DNA of 64,000 nt from Myxococcota bacterium (GCA_965250285.1 OZ252299.1:1-64000); one strand, 5' to 3'. Shown: positions 7,441-19,800, counted from the first letter of the stretch. The notes: generated by a model from the sequence alone, not told the origin. Translations and numbers: made by a program.

Positions 7441-9020
7441 TCGGCGGCCTCCATCCGTGGCGCGGTCCCCGGCAGCACGCCCCGGTTGTACGACACGTAG
7501 AGACGGCCCTCGGCGTCGCGCGGGTCGTAGCTCACGAAGTCGTCGAGCCCATCGCCGTCGAGGTCGCTGACGCGCAGGAACCCGGCCGACACCCGGCTCG
7601 GCTGCTCGGCCACCTTCGAGCCGAAGCCCGGGCCGTTCTCGCGCAGCACGCCGAGGCGCACGCCCAGCGTGTCGCTGTTGTGCTGATACAGCGCGTCCTT
7701 CAGGCCGTCGCCATTCCAGTCGCCCTCCGAGTTGGGCAGCAGGCCGTCGACGCGGCCTTCCGAGAAGTTCAGCTTGAACGTCATGTCCTCGGACCACGAC
7801 GTGCGCAGCTCGCCATCCGGCCCCGCCGTCAGCACGCGCACCTTGATCTCGGCCTTCCGCGTGAGCAGCACGCGCACGACCTGCATGATGCCGAACTTCA
7901 CCGATGACTCGATCAGCTCGACGTGGCCGTCGCCATCGAGGTCGATCGGGTCGATGCCGCTGAAGCCCTTCTCGAGCCGAAACTGCAGGTCGGGCGCGCG
8001 GTCGGTGTCGACGCCCGCGCGGCCCTCGGCGTCGCGTCGGTTGAAGTAGAAGTCGGTCTCCGACAGACCGTCGTTGAAGCCGCCCGAGATGCGATGGAGC
8101 ATGAGATCGACGAGGTCGTCGCCGTTCACGTCGGTGGCGAAGTAGGTGATCTCGGTGGTCTCGAAACGCAGCTCGGTCTCGGCGTCGAATGGCCGAAGTC
8201 GGATGCGCCGAGAGGGCTCGCTCGGCAGGCCCTCGCCGGTCTCGTGGTAGATGGCGATCTCCCAGCGCGTGAGCGCGAAGAGGTCGGGGCGTCCGTCCCC
8301 GTTGTCGTCCCCGCGGCGCAGCACGGGCCAGTGGAGCATCGCGATCATCAGCTTGCGCACGCGGGCCGGCAGGTCGGGATCCCAGGTCTCGTACTGCGCG
8401 ACGATCGGCATCTCGATCGCGCGCTGCTCTCCCGACACGAGATCGACGAGCAGGCCGCCCGTCGTGGCCGGGACGAAGGCCTTTGCGCGGCCATCGTTGT
8501 CCCAGTCGTCGACCAGGGGCATGCGCGAGACGAGCCGCTGGCGCGGGGGCAGCGGCAGCGGGGTCTCGAAGTCGATGCGCCGGGGCGGTGTGTCGCCGAA
8601 GGGCCGAATCAGCGTCAGCCCGCGGTGATCGAGCCACACGAGCTCGCCGCCCGGCCGATCGTCGACGTCGGCCACGTCGAGCGCGACCGCGTCGGCCGGC
8701 ACCGGGATGCGCAGCGGTGTGCTCGCCTCGCCGCTCGCGCCGCGCCCACACGGGAACACGCTGACTTCGCGCTGCTCGTCCGGCGGCCCGCCCGCGACCG
8801 AAATCACGAGGATATCCGATGTATTGGCGCCACATTTGCCGGTCAGCTGAACCGGCCAGACCTGAATCGGCCGGCCGATGACGCGCAGCTCCACGGTCTC
8901 GAACGGGGGCTCGTCGGCCCAGGCGTTTGCGCCGAAGAGCACCCCCGCGCAGCACAGCGCGGCGATTCGCAGCAGGTGTGGGCGGCGCGGGGCAGCGGGG
9001 CGGGACGATCGCGTCGGCAT
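7437..9020 (-). CDS. Secreted FG-GAP/VCBS repeat protein
   Basis: Signal peptide (ANAWA-DE) and repeated DxDGDGxxD motifs (DDNGDGRPDL, DVNGDDLVDL, DWNGDGLKD, DLDGDGLDD). Start at 9020 or 9038. Confidence 0.8.
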   Translation of the reverse strand: MPTRSSRPAAPRRPHLLRIAALCCAGVLFGANAWADEPPFETVELRVIGRPIQVWPVQLTGKCGANTSDILVISVAGGPPDEQREVSVFPCGRGASGEASTPLRIPVPADAVALDVADVDDRPGGELVWLDHRGLTLIRPFGDTPPRRIDFETPLPLPPRQRLVSRMPLVDDWDNDGRAKAFVPATTGGLLVDLVSGEQRAIEMPIVAQYETWDPDLPARVRKLMIAMLHWPVLRRGDDNGDGRPDLFALTRWEIAIYHETGEGLPSEPSRRIRLRPFDAETELRFETTEITYFATDVNGDDLVDLMLHRISGGFNDGLSETDFYFNRRDAEGRAGVDTDRAPDLQFRLEKGFSGIDPIDLDGDGHVELIESSVKFGIMQVVRVLLTRKAEIKVRVLTAGPDGELRTSWSEDMTFKLNFSEGRVDGLLPNSEGDWNGDGLKDALYQHNSDTLGVRLGVLRENGPGFGSKVAEQPSRVSAGFLRVSDLDGDGLDDFVSYDPRDAEGRLYVSYNRGVLPGTAPRMEAAD

Positions 9021-9216
9021 CAGCACGCCCACAAGCATACGCGAGTCGGTCGCGAGCCCGCCGCGGCGCCCCTGAGCGGCCCGCCCGAAGGCGCCGGGGC
9101 GCGCTCCGAGCCTCAAATCAGGGGTCCGTTCGGCCGATACGACCCCTGTTGAGCCGGGCAAGCCCCGGTCTCCCTTTCGCGCGGCCCGCCGGCCGCGACG
9201 TCGAGGAACGCGCCGC

Positions 9217-11862
9217 GTGGTGTTGATCGGACGCATCTTTGCCGGACTCCTGGCGATCCCGCTGCTGCTCGTGGGTGCGCTCGCGCTCACCCTCGCACAC
9301 ATGCAGGGCACCGAGCTGGTGCAGAGCCTCTACACCGCGATGCAGTCGGGCAACGCGTGGTTGATCGATCAGGGCGCCGACATCCCGCTCGATGCGTCGG
9401 TCCGGTTCGAGGAATGGCTGGTCCACCCGCTGCTGCGTTTCACGATGCTGCCGCTCGGGCTCGTGTTCGTCTTCCTCGCCAGCGGCATCGGCATGGCCGG
9501 CAAGACCACGAAGGCCAAAGCGTCGAAGAAGACGAAGGGCGCCGACGCCGACGAAGAGCAGGCCGAAGAGCAGAACGACAAGAAGACGTCGAAGAAGCTG
9601 CGAAAGACCGCCGCCGCGATGGCGAAGAAGGGCGAGGCCGAAGAGGCCGCCCAGATGCTCTGGAGCGCGGGCGAGCTCGACGCCGCCGCCGAGCTCTTCA
9701 TCGAGCAGGAGAAATTCGAAGAGGCCGCGGCGATCCGGCACGACCAGAATCGCTTTCACGAGTCGGCCGAGCTGCATCTCCAGGCCGGCAACCACGAGAA
9801 CGCCGGCGCGATCTACGCGCAGGTCGAGGCCTGGAAGGAGGCCGGCGACTGCTACCACAAGGCCGACAGCCTCTCGGTGGCCGCCGAGATGTACGAGAAG
9901 GGCGGCCAGCACGGTCGCGCCGCCGAGTGTTACAAGGCGGTCGAGTTTCATCGCCACGCGGCGTCCAACTACGTCAAGGTGCAGAAGTGGGCCGAGGCGG
10001 CCGAGTGCCTCGGCGAGGTCCTGCGCGACGAGTTGAACAAGTCGAAGGGCGATCCGGCCAAGGGGGCCGAGCTCAAGAAGCTCGGTCGCCAGGTCGCGAA
10101 GCTGCACCTGCGCGCCGAGGACAAAGAGCAGGCGCAGGCCGTGCTGAAAGAAGCCGAGTGCTTCGAAGATGCGGCCAAGGTCGCGCTCAGCCTCGAGAAG
10201 TTCGCCGAGGCCGCCGAGCTCTTCCGCGACGCCCAGCAGCCCGAAGCGGCCGCCGACGCGCTGCGCCAGCTCGGCGAGGACGAAGCGGCGGCCCGCCTGC
10301 TCGGCGCCATGCACCGTGATCGCGGAGAGCTGGCCGAGGCCGCCGAGCTGATGCGCGAAGCGAAGGACTTCCTCGAGGCGGGCGACCTGTTCCGGCAGAT
10401 GGAGCAGTACGAGCAAGCCGGCGACTGCTACGAGAAGCAGGGCGACTGGGGGCAGGCCGCCGAGATGTTCCAGATCGGCGGCGACCGCGCGCGCGCCGCC
10501 GCCGACTACGAGAAGGCCGGCAAGTTCCCCGAGGCCGCCGAGTGCTGGGCGCTGGCGGGCGTGCCCGAGAAGGAGGCCGAGGCCCTCGATCACGCGGGTC
10601 GGTTCCTGAAGTCGGGTCAGGTCTACCACCGAGAAGGGCGCGACGAAGAGGCGATCACGGTGCTGCAGAAGCTGCAGCCCGACGACGACGGCTTCGGCAA
10701 GGCGTCGGCGCTGCTCGGCGACATCTTCCGGTCGCGCGGCCAGCTCTCGCTCGCGATCAAGAAGCTGCAGCAGAGCCTCGGCGGCGCGGTGCTCGACACC
10801 GCGAACATGCCGATCTACTACACCCTCGCTTCGATCCACGCCGAGGCGGGCGAGCTGCCCCAGGCGGTCGAAATCTTCGAGAAGATCCTCGCCCTCGACT
10901 ATCACTTCGAAGACGTCGAGCAGCGACTCGTGCAGCTGAAGGAGCGGCTGGGCGCGGCGCCGCCAGGCGCAGTCGGGCCGGCGCAGACCCCGGTGATGGG
11001 CGCGACCGATGCGAGCGCTGGCCAGACGCCCGGCGTGTCGGCCGCACAGCCGGGTCGCTACCAGATCCTGGGTGAGCTCGGCCGCGGCGGCATGGGCATC
11101 GTGTACAAGGCGAAGGACACGGTGCTCGACCGTCTCGTCGCCTACAAGGTGCTGCCCGAGTCGCTGAAGGAGAACCCGCAGGCCGTCGAGAACTTCCTGC
11201 GCGAGGCCAAGGCGGCGGCGAAGCTCAACCACCCGAACATCGTGACGGTGTACGACTGCGGCGAGCAGGATGGTCGCTACTACATCGCGATGGAGTACGT
11301 CGACGGCACGACGCTCAAGGAGATCTTGCGCCGACGCGGGCGGATCTCAGCCGCCGGCATCCTCCACGTGCTCGTGCAGATGTCGGAGGCGCTCGCCTAC
11401 GCCCACGAACAGAAGGTCGTGCACCGCGACATCAAGCCCGCCAACGCGATGTGGACGCGCGACAAGAAGGCCAAGCTCATGGACTTCGGTCTCGCCAAGG
11501 TCGTCGAAGAGGTGCGCAACCACACGACGGCCGTGGCCGGAACGCCGTACTACATGAGCCCCGAGCAGACGCTCGGCAAGAACATCGACCATCGCACCGA
11601 CATCTATTCACTCGGCGTGGCGCTCTTCGAGATGTCGGCGGGGATCGTGCCCTTCAAGGAGGGCAACATCCCCTACCACCACGTGCACACGCCGCCGCCG
11701 AACGTGCTCGAGGCGAGCCCCGATCTGCCGAAGACCCTCGCGGCGATCATCCACAAGTGCCTCGAGAAGGATCCCGCCAAGCGCTTCCAGTCGGCGCGCG
11801 AGATTCTGACCGCCGTGCGCAGCCATCTCGGCGGCCCGGCCGGTGGCAGCGCCGCCGAATAG
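9217..11862 (+). CDS. Membrane-anchored helical-repeat/TPR protein with C-terminal Hanks-type Ser/Thr kinase
   Basis: Two N-terminal TM segments, many AAExYEKxG-type repeats, then LGRGGMGIVY, HRDIKPAN, DFG and GTPYYMSPE. Confidence 0.9.
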   Translation: MVLIGRIFAGLLAIPLLLVGALALTLAHMQGTELVQSLYTAMQSGNAWLIDQGADIPLDASVRFEEWLVHPLLRFTMLPLGLVFVFLASGIGMAGKTTKAKASKKTKGADADEEQAEEQNDKKTSKKLRKTAAAMAKKGEAEEAAQMLWSAGELDAAAELFIEQEKFEEAAAIRHDQNRFHESAELHLQAGNHENAGAIYAQVEAWKEAGDCYHKADSLSVAAEMYEKGGQHGRAAECYKAVEFHRHAASNYVKVQKWAEAAECLGEVLRDELNKSKGDPAKGAELKKLGRQVAKLHLRAEDKEQAQAVLKEAECFEDAAKVALSLEKFAEAAELFRDAQQPEAAADALRQLGEDEAAARLLGAMHRDRGELAEAAELMREAKDFLEAGDLFRQMEQYEQAGDCYEKQGDWGQAAEMFQIGGDRARAAADYEKAGKFPEAAECWALAGVPEKEAEALDHAGRFLKSGQVYHREGRDEEAITVLQKLQPDDDGFGKASALLGDIFRSRGQLSLAIKKLQQSLGGAVLDTANMPIYYTLASIHAEAGELPQAVEIFEKILALDYHFEDVEQRLVQLKERLGAAPPGAVGPAQTPVMGATDASAGQTPGVSAAQPGRYQILGELGRGGMGIVYKAKDTVLDRLVAYKVLPESLKENPQAVENFLREAKAAAKLNHPNIVTVYDCGEQDGRYYIAMEYVDGTTLKEILRRRGRISAAGILHVLVQMSEALAYAHEQKVVHRDIKPANAMWTRDKKAKLMDFGLAKVVEEVRNHTTAVAGTPYYMSPEQTLGKNIDHRTDIYSLGVALFEMSAGIVPFKEGNIPYHHVHTPPPNVLEASPDLPKTLAAIIHKCLEKDPAKRFQSAREILTAVRSHLGGPAGGSAAE

Positions 11863-11939
11863 GCGCGGCCCCCTCCGCCGGCGACCTCGCTCCGATCGGC
11901 CCGGCGTTACACTCCGTCGCTCGGCAGGAGAGCGCGGAG

Positions 11940-12788
11940 TTGCCTCGACACACCCTGGCAGGGCCCTTCACGTGCGAAGGGGTTGCGATCCATTCGGGCG
12001 CGCGCGCGCATCTCGTTGCGAGTGCGGCGGCGCCGGGGCATGGCCTGCGCTTCGTGCGCGTCGATCTCGAGGGGGCCCCCGAGATTCCCGTGACACGCCC
12101 CGCGCTCGCCGGTGCGTCGTTCGCCACGCACCTGGCCGCGCCCGGTCGAACTGACGTGGGCGTCTCGACCGTCGAGCACCTGCTCGCCGCGCTCACCGCC
12201 GCGGGCGTCGACGACGCGCGGCTCGAAGTCGACGGCCCCGAGCTGCCCATCGGCGACGGCAGCGCTGCCGCGTTCGCCGCCGAGATCGGTCGGGTCGGGC
12301 GCCGCGCGCAGGCGGGCGATCGACCCGAGATCGTCCTCGACGGGCCGATCGAGATCGTCGACGGCAACCGGCGCATCCAGGCGCGCCCGGCCGACGTCTT
12401 CGGGATCGACGTGGCGATCGACTTCGATCACCCGGCGATCGGGCGCCAGCGGATCGCGTGCGCCGCATTCGACTTCGACTGGTTTGCCCGTGAGCTCGCG
12501 CCGGCGCGCACGTTCGGGTTCTTGGCCGATGTCGAGGCGCTGCGCGCAGCAGACCGCGCGGGGGGCGCGTCGCTCGACAACACCGTCGTCTTCGACGAAG
12601 CCGGCGTGGCGAATCGAGAGGGGCTGCGCTTCGACGATGAGCCGGTGCGCCACAAGGCGCTCGATCTCGTCGGCGATCTCGCCCTGCTCGGCGCCCCGCT
12701 GCGGGCCCACGTCGAAGTCGAACGCGGCGGCCACGCCCTGCACCACCGCCTGGTGCGCGCGATCGACGAGTCGACGCGCGTCAGTTGA
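11940..12788 (+). CDS. lpxC: UDP-3-O-acyl-GlcNAc deacetylase LpxC
   Basis: TTG start after AGGAG. GVAIHSG, STVEHLLAAL, ELPIGDGSA, APARTFGF, HKALDLVGDL. Confidence 0.9.
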   Translation: MPRHTLAGPFTCEGVAIHSGARAHLVASAAAPGHGLRFVRVDLEGAPEIPVTRPALAGASFATHLAAPGRTDVGVSTVEHLLAALTAAGVDDARLEVDGPELPIGDGSAAAFAAEIGRVGRRAQAGDRPEIVLDGPIEIVDGNRRIQARPADVFGIDVAIDFDHPAIGRQRIACAAFDFDWFARELAPARTFGFLADVEALRAADRAGGASLDNTVVFDEAGVANREGLRFDDEPVRHKALDLVGDLALLGAPLRAHVEVERGGHALHHRLVRAIDESTRVS

Positions 12789-13371
12789 GCAGCGGCGCCT
12801 CGGCGCCCGCCTCACTCAGTCGCTCCGCATGCGCCTCGACGTGCTCCGTCATCGACGCCGGCCACTCGGGCATTGGCGTCGCGTCGAAGACGAGCTTCGA
12901 CTCGTTCAGCTCGCCCAGCTCGTAGAGGCAGACCGAGTGGTTGTAGCGGCGAGCGAACTCGAGGTCGGCGTTGCGCAGCGGGCCCGCGATGCGGTCGAAC
13001 GCCTCGAGGGCACGGCCATAGTCGCCGAGCTGGCAGCGCGCGTGCGCGAGCTCCGAGAGCCAGCCGTCGGTCATCCAACCGCGTCGATCGGCCGCCTCGA
13101 GCATCTGCTCGACGGTGGGCCAGTCGGCGCGGTGGTACGCGCGCTGGAATCGCCAGTCGAGCAGCGCGAACGGCGCGAAGTCGAGCAGCAGCCAGCGCCA
13201 GGCGACGGCGAGACCGATGGCGGACACGAGGGGCAGGATCAGCTCGAGGCGCGATTCGCCGTGGCGAAGCACGAGCATCACCGTGCGCACCGTCATCGCC
13301 GTGATGAACGGGATCGCGACGGCCGCGGCGAGGTTCAGCCAGCCGAGGTTGCGGGGGGAGGGGGGAAGCAT
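12781..13371 (-). CDS. Hypothetical membrane protein with TPR-like helices
   Basis: Two N-terminal hydrophobic segments, then TPR-like LAHARCQLGDYGRALEAF and YNHSVCLYELGELNES. Confidence 0.65.
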   Translation of the reverse strand: MLPPSPRNLGWLNLAAAVAIPFITAMTVRTVMLVLRHGESRLELILPLVSAIGLAVAWRWLLLDFAPFALLDWRFQRAYHRADWPTVEQMLEAADRRGWMTDGWLSELAHARCQLGDYGRALEAFDRIAGPLRNADLEFARRYNHSVCLYELGELNESKLVFDATPMPEWPASMTEHVEAHAERLSEAGAEAPLLN

Positions 13372-13387
13372 GTGAGCGGGGCCGGGT

Positions 13388-13738
13388 CTAGACCTCGTAG
13401 TCCTCGAGCTCGCGGGCCAGCTGGGCCGTGGCGGCCGAGTCGATGAACTGCACGCCCGCGCCGGGGGCCCCGGCCGGTTCGCCGGGCTTCACCGTGCGTA
13501 CCCAGACGACGCGGCCCTCGAGCTCGTGCAGGCTCTCGTAGCCGGGCAGCCGGAATCGCAGCTTCAGGATGTCGCCTTTGCGGAGCGACTCGGTGGTCGC
13601 GAGGAACATGCCGCCTGCCCCGAGCGTCGTCGCGTAGTCGCAGTGCAGACCGTCGGGCGTGCGGTAGTCGACGAGCACGCGAATCGTCTGCCGGCGGTAG
13701 CGCCGCGTCTCTTCGGGGCTGCGTTGCTGGTTGGCCAT
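13388..13738 (-). CDS. Single-domain PilZ protein (TIGR02266-like)
   Basis: RRYRR, TLGAGGMFL, LRFRLPG, GRVVW, GAGVQF. GGGAG RBS. Confidence 0.85.
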   Translation of the reverse strand: MANQQRSPEETRRYRRQTIRVLVDYRTPDGLHCDYATTLGAGGMFLATTESLRKGDILKLRFRLPGYESLHELEGRVVWVRTVKPGEPAGAPGAGVQFIDSAATAQLARELEDYEV

Positions 13739-13800
13739 GTCCACTCTCCCTGCCCGGGCAGCGCGCTGGGCGCCGCGGTTCGTTCCGTTCGTTCGACGTG

Positions 13801-16800
13801 CTAGAGGCCGCGCCGGATCTTCTCGCACCAGGTCGCCACCATGCGGGCGACCAGCGCGCGTGCATCGCTCGAGCCTTCGACCCAGTCGCTCAGGTCGGCG
13901 TTCGAAGCCGGCTGCGTGTCGTGCCCCGTCGCGAGCTGGATCAGTGCCGCGCGTAGATCGCCGTCGCTTCGGTCGATGGCGATGCGGGCGGCCAGCACGC
14001 GCACGGCCGATCGCCACGCGTCGTAGTCGAGGCTCTGCACCTCGCGCACCGAGTACTCGCCGAGCGTCTTGCGAATGCGACGCCGGGTCCAGCGACCCAG
14101 GCCGCGATCGAGCCCGTGCAGATACGGGCTGTCGGCGCAGTTGCCGCCCGGATCGGCGGCGAGCGCCGTGACCGTATAGACGACCGAGCTCAGGCCCTCG
14201 GTCGGGAGGGCGCACACCGCCGGCGCGGTGATCTCGTCGAGCGCTTCGCGCAGCGCGGCGTCGAAGCCCGACGCGCCTTCGGCGGCGGCCGGGCCCTCAC
14301 CGAGGGCGTCGAGCACCTGCGCGATCTCGTCGCGGGCCTGGGAGCAGATGCGGCGCGCGGTCTCGAAGAGCGGGTCGTCGAGCTTCGGCGTCGGCGACAG
14401 CCGCACGGGCAGCAGCTCGGATGCTTCGCTCATCTCGGAGGGCGAAGCGAGACCGACGGCGCGAAGCAGCGCGAGGCCGAACTGCACCGACAGCTCGAGG
14501 TCGCGACGACGTGCGATCTCGAGCAGCGCTCGCAGCGACGCGTTTCGCAGCGGATCGTCGCGCAGCAGCACCGCGTGATGCTCGACCGCCTCGGCCCAGC
14601 GTTCGGGCACGCGGGCGAGCAGGCCGGCGAGCGGCTCGCGGGCGGCCGTGAGCTCGGGGTCGAGCTCGAGGGCGCGCTCGTAAGCGCCGAGCGCTTCGTC
14701 GACGTCCTCCATGGGGCCTGCGAGCAGGCGACCTCGCTCGAGATGAACGGGTGCGAGCGCTCGGTCGTCGGCGTCGGGGTGCTGCTCGATGAACGTCTGC
14801 AGCGCCTGATTCGCAGCGAACCAATCGCCGGCATTTCGCAAGAGGCGCGCCTGCGCGAGAACAGCCACGGTGGCGCGCGGGTCGGTCTCGGCCGCGATGG
14901 CGTAGGCCTCGGCCGCGCCCTCGCGGTCGCCCTTCGCCTCGAGCAGCTCACCTCGGATGGCGGCGACCGATGCGCGCTCCGGCTGATCGCCGAGATGCGG
15001 CACGGCCTGGGTGGCGGCTTCGAGGGCAGCGTCGGCGCGCTCGGCGTCGTGCAGCAGCGCGACGAGTCGCGCCCAGGCAGCGCCGAGCGACGCGTCGGCG
15101 TCGCAGGCCTTGCGCAGGTGCGACTCGGCCTCGTCGGTGCGGCCGAGCGTCATCAGATGATCCGCGGCGCGCAGATGAGTACGCGCCCGCGAAGGGGCCT
15201 GTGCGTCGTGCTCGAGCCAGCGGTCGAGGGCTTCGAACGCGGCCGCCGCATCGTCTCGGGCCTCGTGGATGCGCGCGGTGCCTTCGTGCGCGAACGCGTC
15301 GTCCGGCGCGAGCTCGAGGGCCGCTGCGTAGTGCTCGAGCGCGGCGTCGATCTCGTCGGCCTCTTCGAGGCAGCGAGCGAGCAGGCCTTCCTGCTCGGCG
15401 CGCAGCGGGTTGTCGCCCGACTGGGCAAGGCGCGCTTCGAGGAGCGGTCGCGCGGGCGCGAGGTCGCCCGCATCGAAGAGGATGCGACTCTGGGCATCGA
15501 GTGCCTCGGTCTCTTCGGGCTCGAGGCTGAGGGCGATGCCATAGAAGCGCGAGGCGGCTTCGCTGCGATCCTGGCGCAGCGCGCAACGTCCACCGACGAG
15601 CGCCGTGGCCAGCATCGTCTCGGCATCGATGGCCTCGGCTTCGGTGCCGGCATCGAGGGCCAACCCCGCGGCCTCTTCGGCCTCGTCGTCGAGCTGGCGG
15701 CGGTCGGCGATGCGCGCCCGCGCCGCGTGGGCGAGCGCGTGCCCCGGCTCGACCTCGACGGCCTTGCGCAGCCGCTCGAGGGCCAGATCGGCGTCGCCGT
15801 CTTCGACGAGCAGGGCGGCATCGAGCAGGCGCTTCGATGCCTCGACCGGCGGCAGCAGGGTGGCAGCGCGTTCGAGCGCTTCGCCCGCGGCCGCGTCGTC
15901 GGCGCCGCGACGGCAGAGGTCGGCGACGGTGTCCCACGCGGTGGCACTGCGCGCGTCGAGCTCGGTCGCCATGCGCGCCCACTCGAGGGCATCGGGCACG
16001 CGACCGAGGTCGGCGAGCACGCCCGAGAGGCGCAGCGCGTCTTCGCCGCTCGGGCTCGCATCGGCGTGACGGCACCAGTCGCCGAAGGTGTCGACGAAGG
16101 GCTCCTTGGCGTCGAGCGCCGCGTGGAGCTCGGCGAGGTCGCGCAGGTCGGCCGCTTCGAGGTCGGCGATCGCGGCGGCCGCTTCGTACGCGCGCAGCGC
16201 GCGTGCGTCGTCCCCCACGTGGTCGCGCGCGATGGTGCCGGCGCGCAGCCAGACCTCGCGGCGTCGCGCCGGATCGTCCTCACCGAGCAGCTCGATCTCA
16301 CGGTCGAAGTGATCGAGCGCGTCGGACCATGCGCTGCGCTCCTCGCAGAGGTGCTCGAGCGCGCGCAGCGCGGCGAGGTCGGATGCGTCGACGTCGAGCG
16401 CGGCCGCGAACGCCGCGGCGGCGCCGTCGAGCTCGTTCAGTCGCCGCCATCGCACCTCGCCGAGTCGGCGCCAGAGCGCCGTGGGTCGGTGGGTCGAGTC
16501 GTCGTCGGGTGCGCCCGCTTCGAGCTCGAGCTCGAGGCCTCGGCCGACCCGAACCCAGTCGCGCAGCAACTCGCCCGCCGCGCGCAGCCCACGGATCGCC
16601 TCGAGGTCGCTGGCATCGCGCTCGATCAAGGCCTCCCAGGCCTGGGCGGCACCGAGGGGCGCGTGCAGTCGCTCGGCCCGCAGTCGCGCGAGCTCGCGCC
16701 AGCCTTCGAGTCGTTCGGTCGCGTCGAGATCGTCGCGGCCCAGCCGCGTCTCGAGGCGCTCGGCGAGCTCGACGGTGTGACCGCACGAGCGCAGCAGGTC

Positions 16801-19800
16801 GATCAGCGCGCGCTCGCTGCGGTCGCGTTGATCACGCGACAGCGCGCCGGCGGCTTCGGTCGGTGTCGAGTCGAACAGCGCCATGAGCTCGCGCAGGTGG
16901 GCCATCGCCGAGTCGGGGCGGGCGAGATGCGTGCGGTCGACGTCGGCGAGCTCGAAGCGCAGCTCGGCGACGCGGTGGCGCTCGTCTGCTTCGCGCTCGA
17001 TGCGCGAGAGCTCCTCGATGGCGCAGCGCGACCACGCGTCGACGGCGCCGCTCGCGCGCAGGCTCGCGCCGAGCGAGCGCAGCCGTTCGAGTCGCTCGGT
17101 TTCGTCGTCGCCCGCGAGTTCGACGAGGTGAAGCTGGTGCGGCACCGCGCGATGCGGGTCGCCGAACACCGACACCTGCAGCTCGGCCGCGGCCTGATGC
17201 AGGCGCTCGACGTCGTCCTGGGGCGCATCGAGCAGCAGCGTCTCGATGATCTGGATGCGTTCGTGGGGCATGCCCAGCATGTCGTAGAGCCGGTCGAGCT
17301 CGTGGAGCACGCTGCGATCCCGGGGCGCGCAGCTGCGTGCCGATTCGTAGGCCGCGATGGCCCGGCCGGGGGCGTGCAGGTCGCGCTCGAGGATGCGGGC
17401 GCACTCCATCCACAGATCGCGCCGTCGCGCAGGCTCGGGCGAGAGCTCGATCTCGGCTTCGAGGGCGCGCAGCCGCGCCTCGGGGCGTCCGCCTTGACCG
17501 TGCAGCTCGGCGATCCGCGAGACGATCTGCGGGTCTTCGGGCTTCTCGACGCGCAGGCGCTCGAGCCAGGGCAGGGCGGCGTCGGTCGACAGGTGCTCGA
17601 CCGCGATCGTGATCGCGTGCTCGAGCACGTCGCAACGGGCTTCGCCTTCGAGAACGCCCGCCTCCATGTGCAGGCAGTCGAGCACCGCCGACCAGCGTCC
17701 GAGCTGTTCGAGGCAGCCGCGCATCGATGCGCGGGCGTGGCTTCGATCGGGGGCGAGGGCGAGCGCCTCACGGTAGGCCGCCGCCGCCTCGTCCAGCATG
17801 CCGAGGCTGCCGGCGAGGAGATCGCCGCGGCGTTCGAGCAGTGAAGCCCGCAGCTGCGGGTCGCGCTCGACGGTGAGCCGAGCTTCGAGGATCGCGGCGA
17901 GGTCTTCGTGGCGATCGAGCCGCTCGGCGAGATCCACCGCGACCTGCAGCGCGTCTTCGTGGTCGGGCTCGACGTCGAGCACCCACTTCACGTGCTCGAG
18001 CGCGTCCTCGAGCCGCAGGCCCGCGCGCGCGAGCACCGACGCGAGCTCGGCCCGAATCGGCACCTGGCTCTCGACCGAGGCCGTATCGAGGTCGACCATC
18101 AGCAGCTCGGCGAGCGACTCGTGCTCTTCGAGATCGCGGTAGAGGTCGGCGAGGGCGCCGCGCGCCGCGCGGTCGGTTGGCGCGAGCTCGAGCACCTGTC
18201 GATAGGCGCGCATCGCATGATGCCGCGAGCCGGCCTCCTCGAGCAGCTCGGCCTCGCGCACGCGCCACTGCAGTCGCTCTTCATTGGCTTCGACGCCGTC
18301 GGCCATCTGCCCGCAAAGTGCCGCGGCCTCTTCGGCGCGACCGACCTGCTCGTAGAGTGTCGAGAGGGGCACCGCGATCTCGACCAGATCGCCCGGCTCC
18401 TCGAGGCCCGGTGTCAGCGCGTCGATCGCGGCTTCGGCGTCGTCGAGGTGCCCCGAGAGCGTCTCGGCGAGTCGCAGGCGGACGCTGCGCCGCGCCGCCG
18501 CGTCGGTCTCGACGTCGAGCCGCTCGAGTCGATCGCGCAACAGCTCGATCATGCGGTCGGCGTCGCCGTCGGCCTCGGCGTGGGCGACGAGATATTCAGC
18601 GGCGCGCGAGTGACCGGGCTCGATCTCGAGCACGCGGCGCCAGTGATCGGCCACGCGATCACGCGGGTCGCCTTCTGCGTCGTCGTCGAGCTGTTCGATC
18701 AGGTCGGCGGCGCGTCCGCGCAGGACGAGCTCACGCTCGGGCGACTCGACCTGCTCGATCTCGGATTCCATCACGCGCAGCACGTCGGTCGTGCGGCCTT
18801 GATCTTCGTAGAGCTGCGCGAGCAGGCGCCAGGTCTCGGTGGCTTCGGGGCGCAGGCGGCCCATCGCCTCGAGATGCTCCGCCGCCGCATCGACGTCGTC
18901 GAGTCGATCGCGACACAGCGCGGTGAGCCGTTCGTGCAGCATGAAGTCGGCGTCTTCGGTGCTCTCGCCGAGGTGGCGTTCGAGACGCGTGCGCAGGGTG
19001 GCCCAGTCGCCGCGGCGCTCGAGCAGCTGCTCGAGTCGGGCTTCGGCCTTGAAGGCGAGCTCGGGGACCTCGGCCTGGTCGGCCAGCTCGATGTAGACGG
19101 CCTGGGCCGCCTCGCGCTCGCCGAGCGACTCGTCGAGGAGACTGGCGCGCTCGAACTCGATCTCGGCGCGGGCGATCGGGTCGGACTCATCGCGCGCCTT
19201 GCTCTCGAGCAGCACGACGAGGCCGCCCGCGTCATTGCCCATGCGCAGGGCCTGTTCGAGCAGCACGGTGGCCTCATCGCACTCGGGATGCCGCGTGCGC
19301 AACGTGCGGAAGATCTGTGCGGCCTCTTCGAGCTGGCCGAGCTGATCGAGCAGCAGCCGCCCGCGACGCAAGTCGATGGCGACGGCCTGTTCGTCGTCGT
19401 CCCCGGCGGCGCGGCGCAGCTCGAGCAGGTGCTGGGCCAGCTCCTCGAAACGACCGGTGCGCTCGAGCAGCCGCGCGAGCCGGTCGCGCGCCTCGGTGCT
19501 GCAGTCGGGGGCGCTCGTCAGGCGCCAGAGCACCACGATGGCGGCCTCGACGTCGTCGAGCCGCTCTTCGAGGATCATCGAGAGCTCGTCGAGCACCGGT
19601 GCGACGCGGTCGTTCGGCAGCGAGTCGGACCAGCGTCGCAGCACCCGCGCGAGATCGTCCCAGCGGTTGAGCGTGCGGTAGCCATCGGCGAGGCGCTCGA
19701 GCGATTCGACGTCGCGCGGCGAAGCCTCGGTCGCGGCCTCGAACGCCGCGATCGCCTGCTCGTCTCGGCCGGCGGCGGCGTGCAGCGCGGCCACCTCGCG

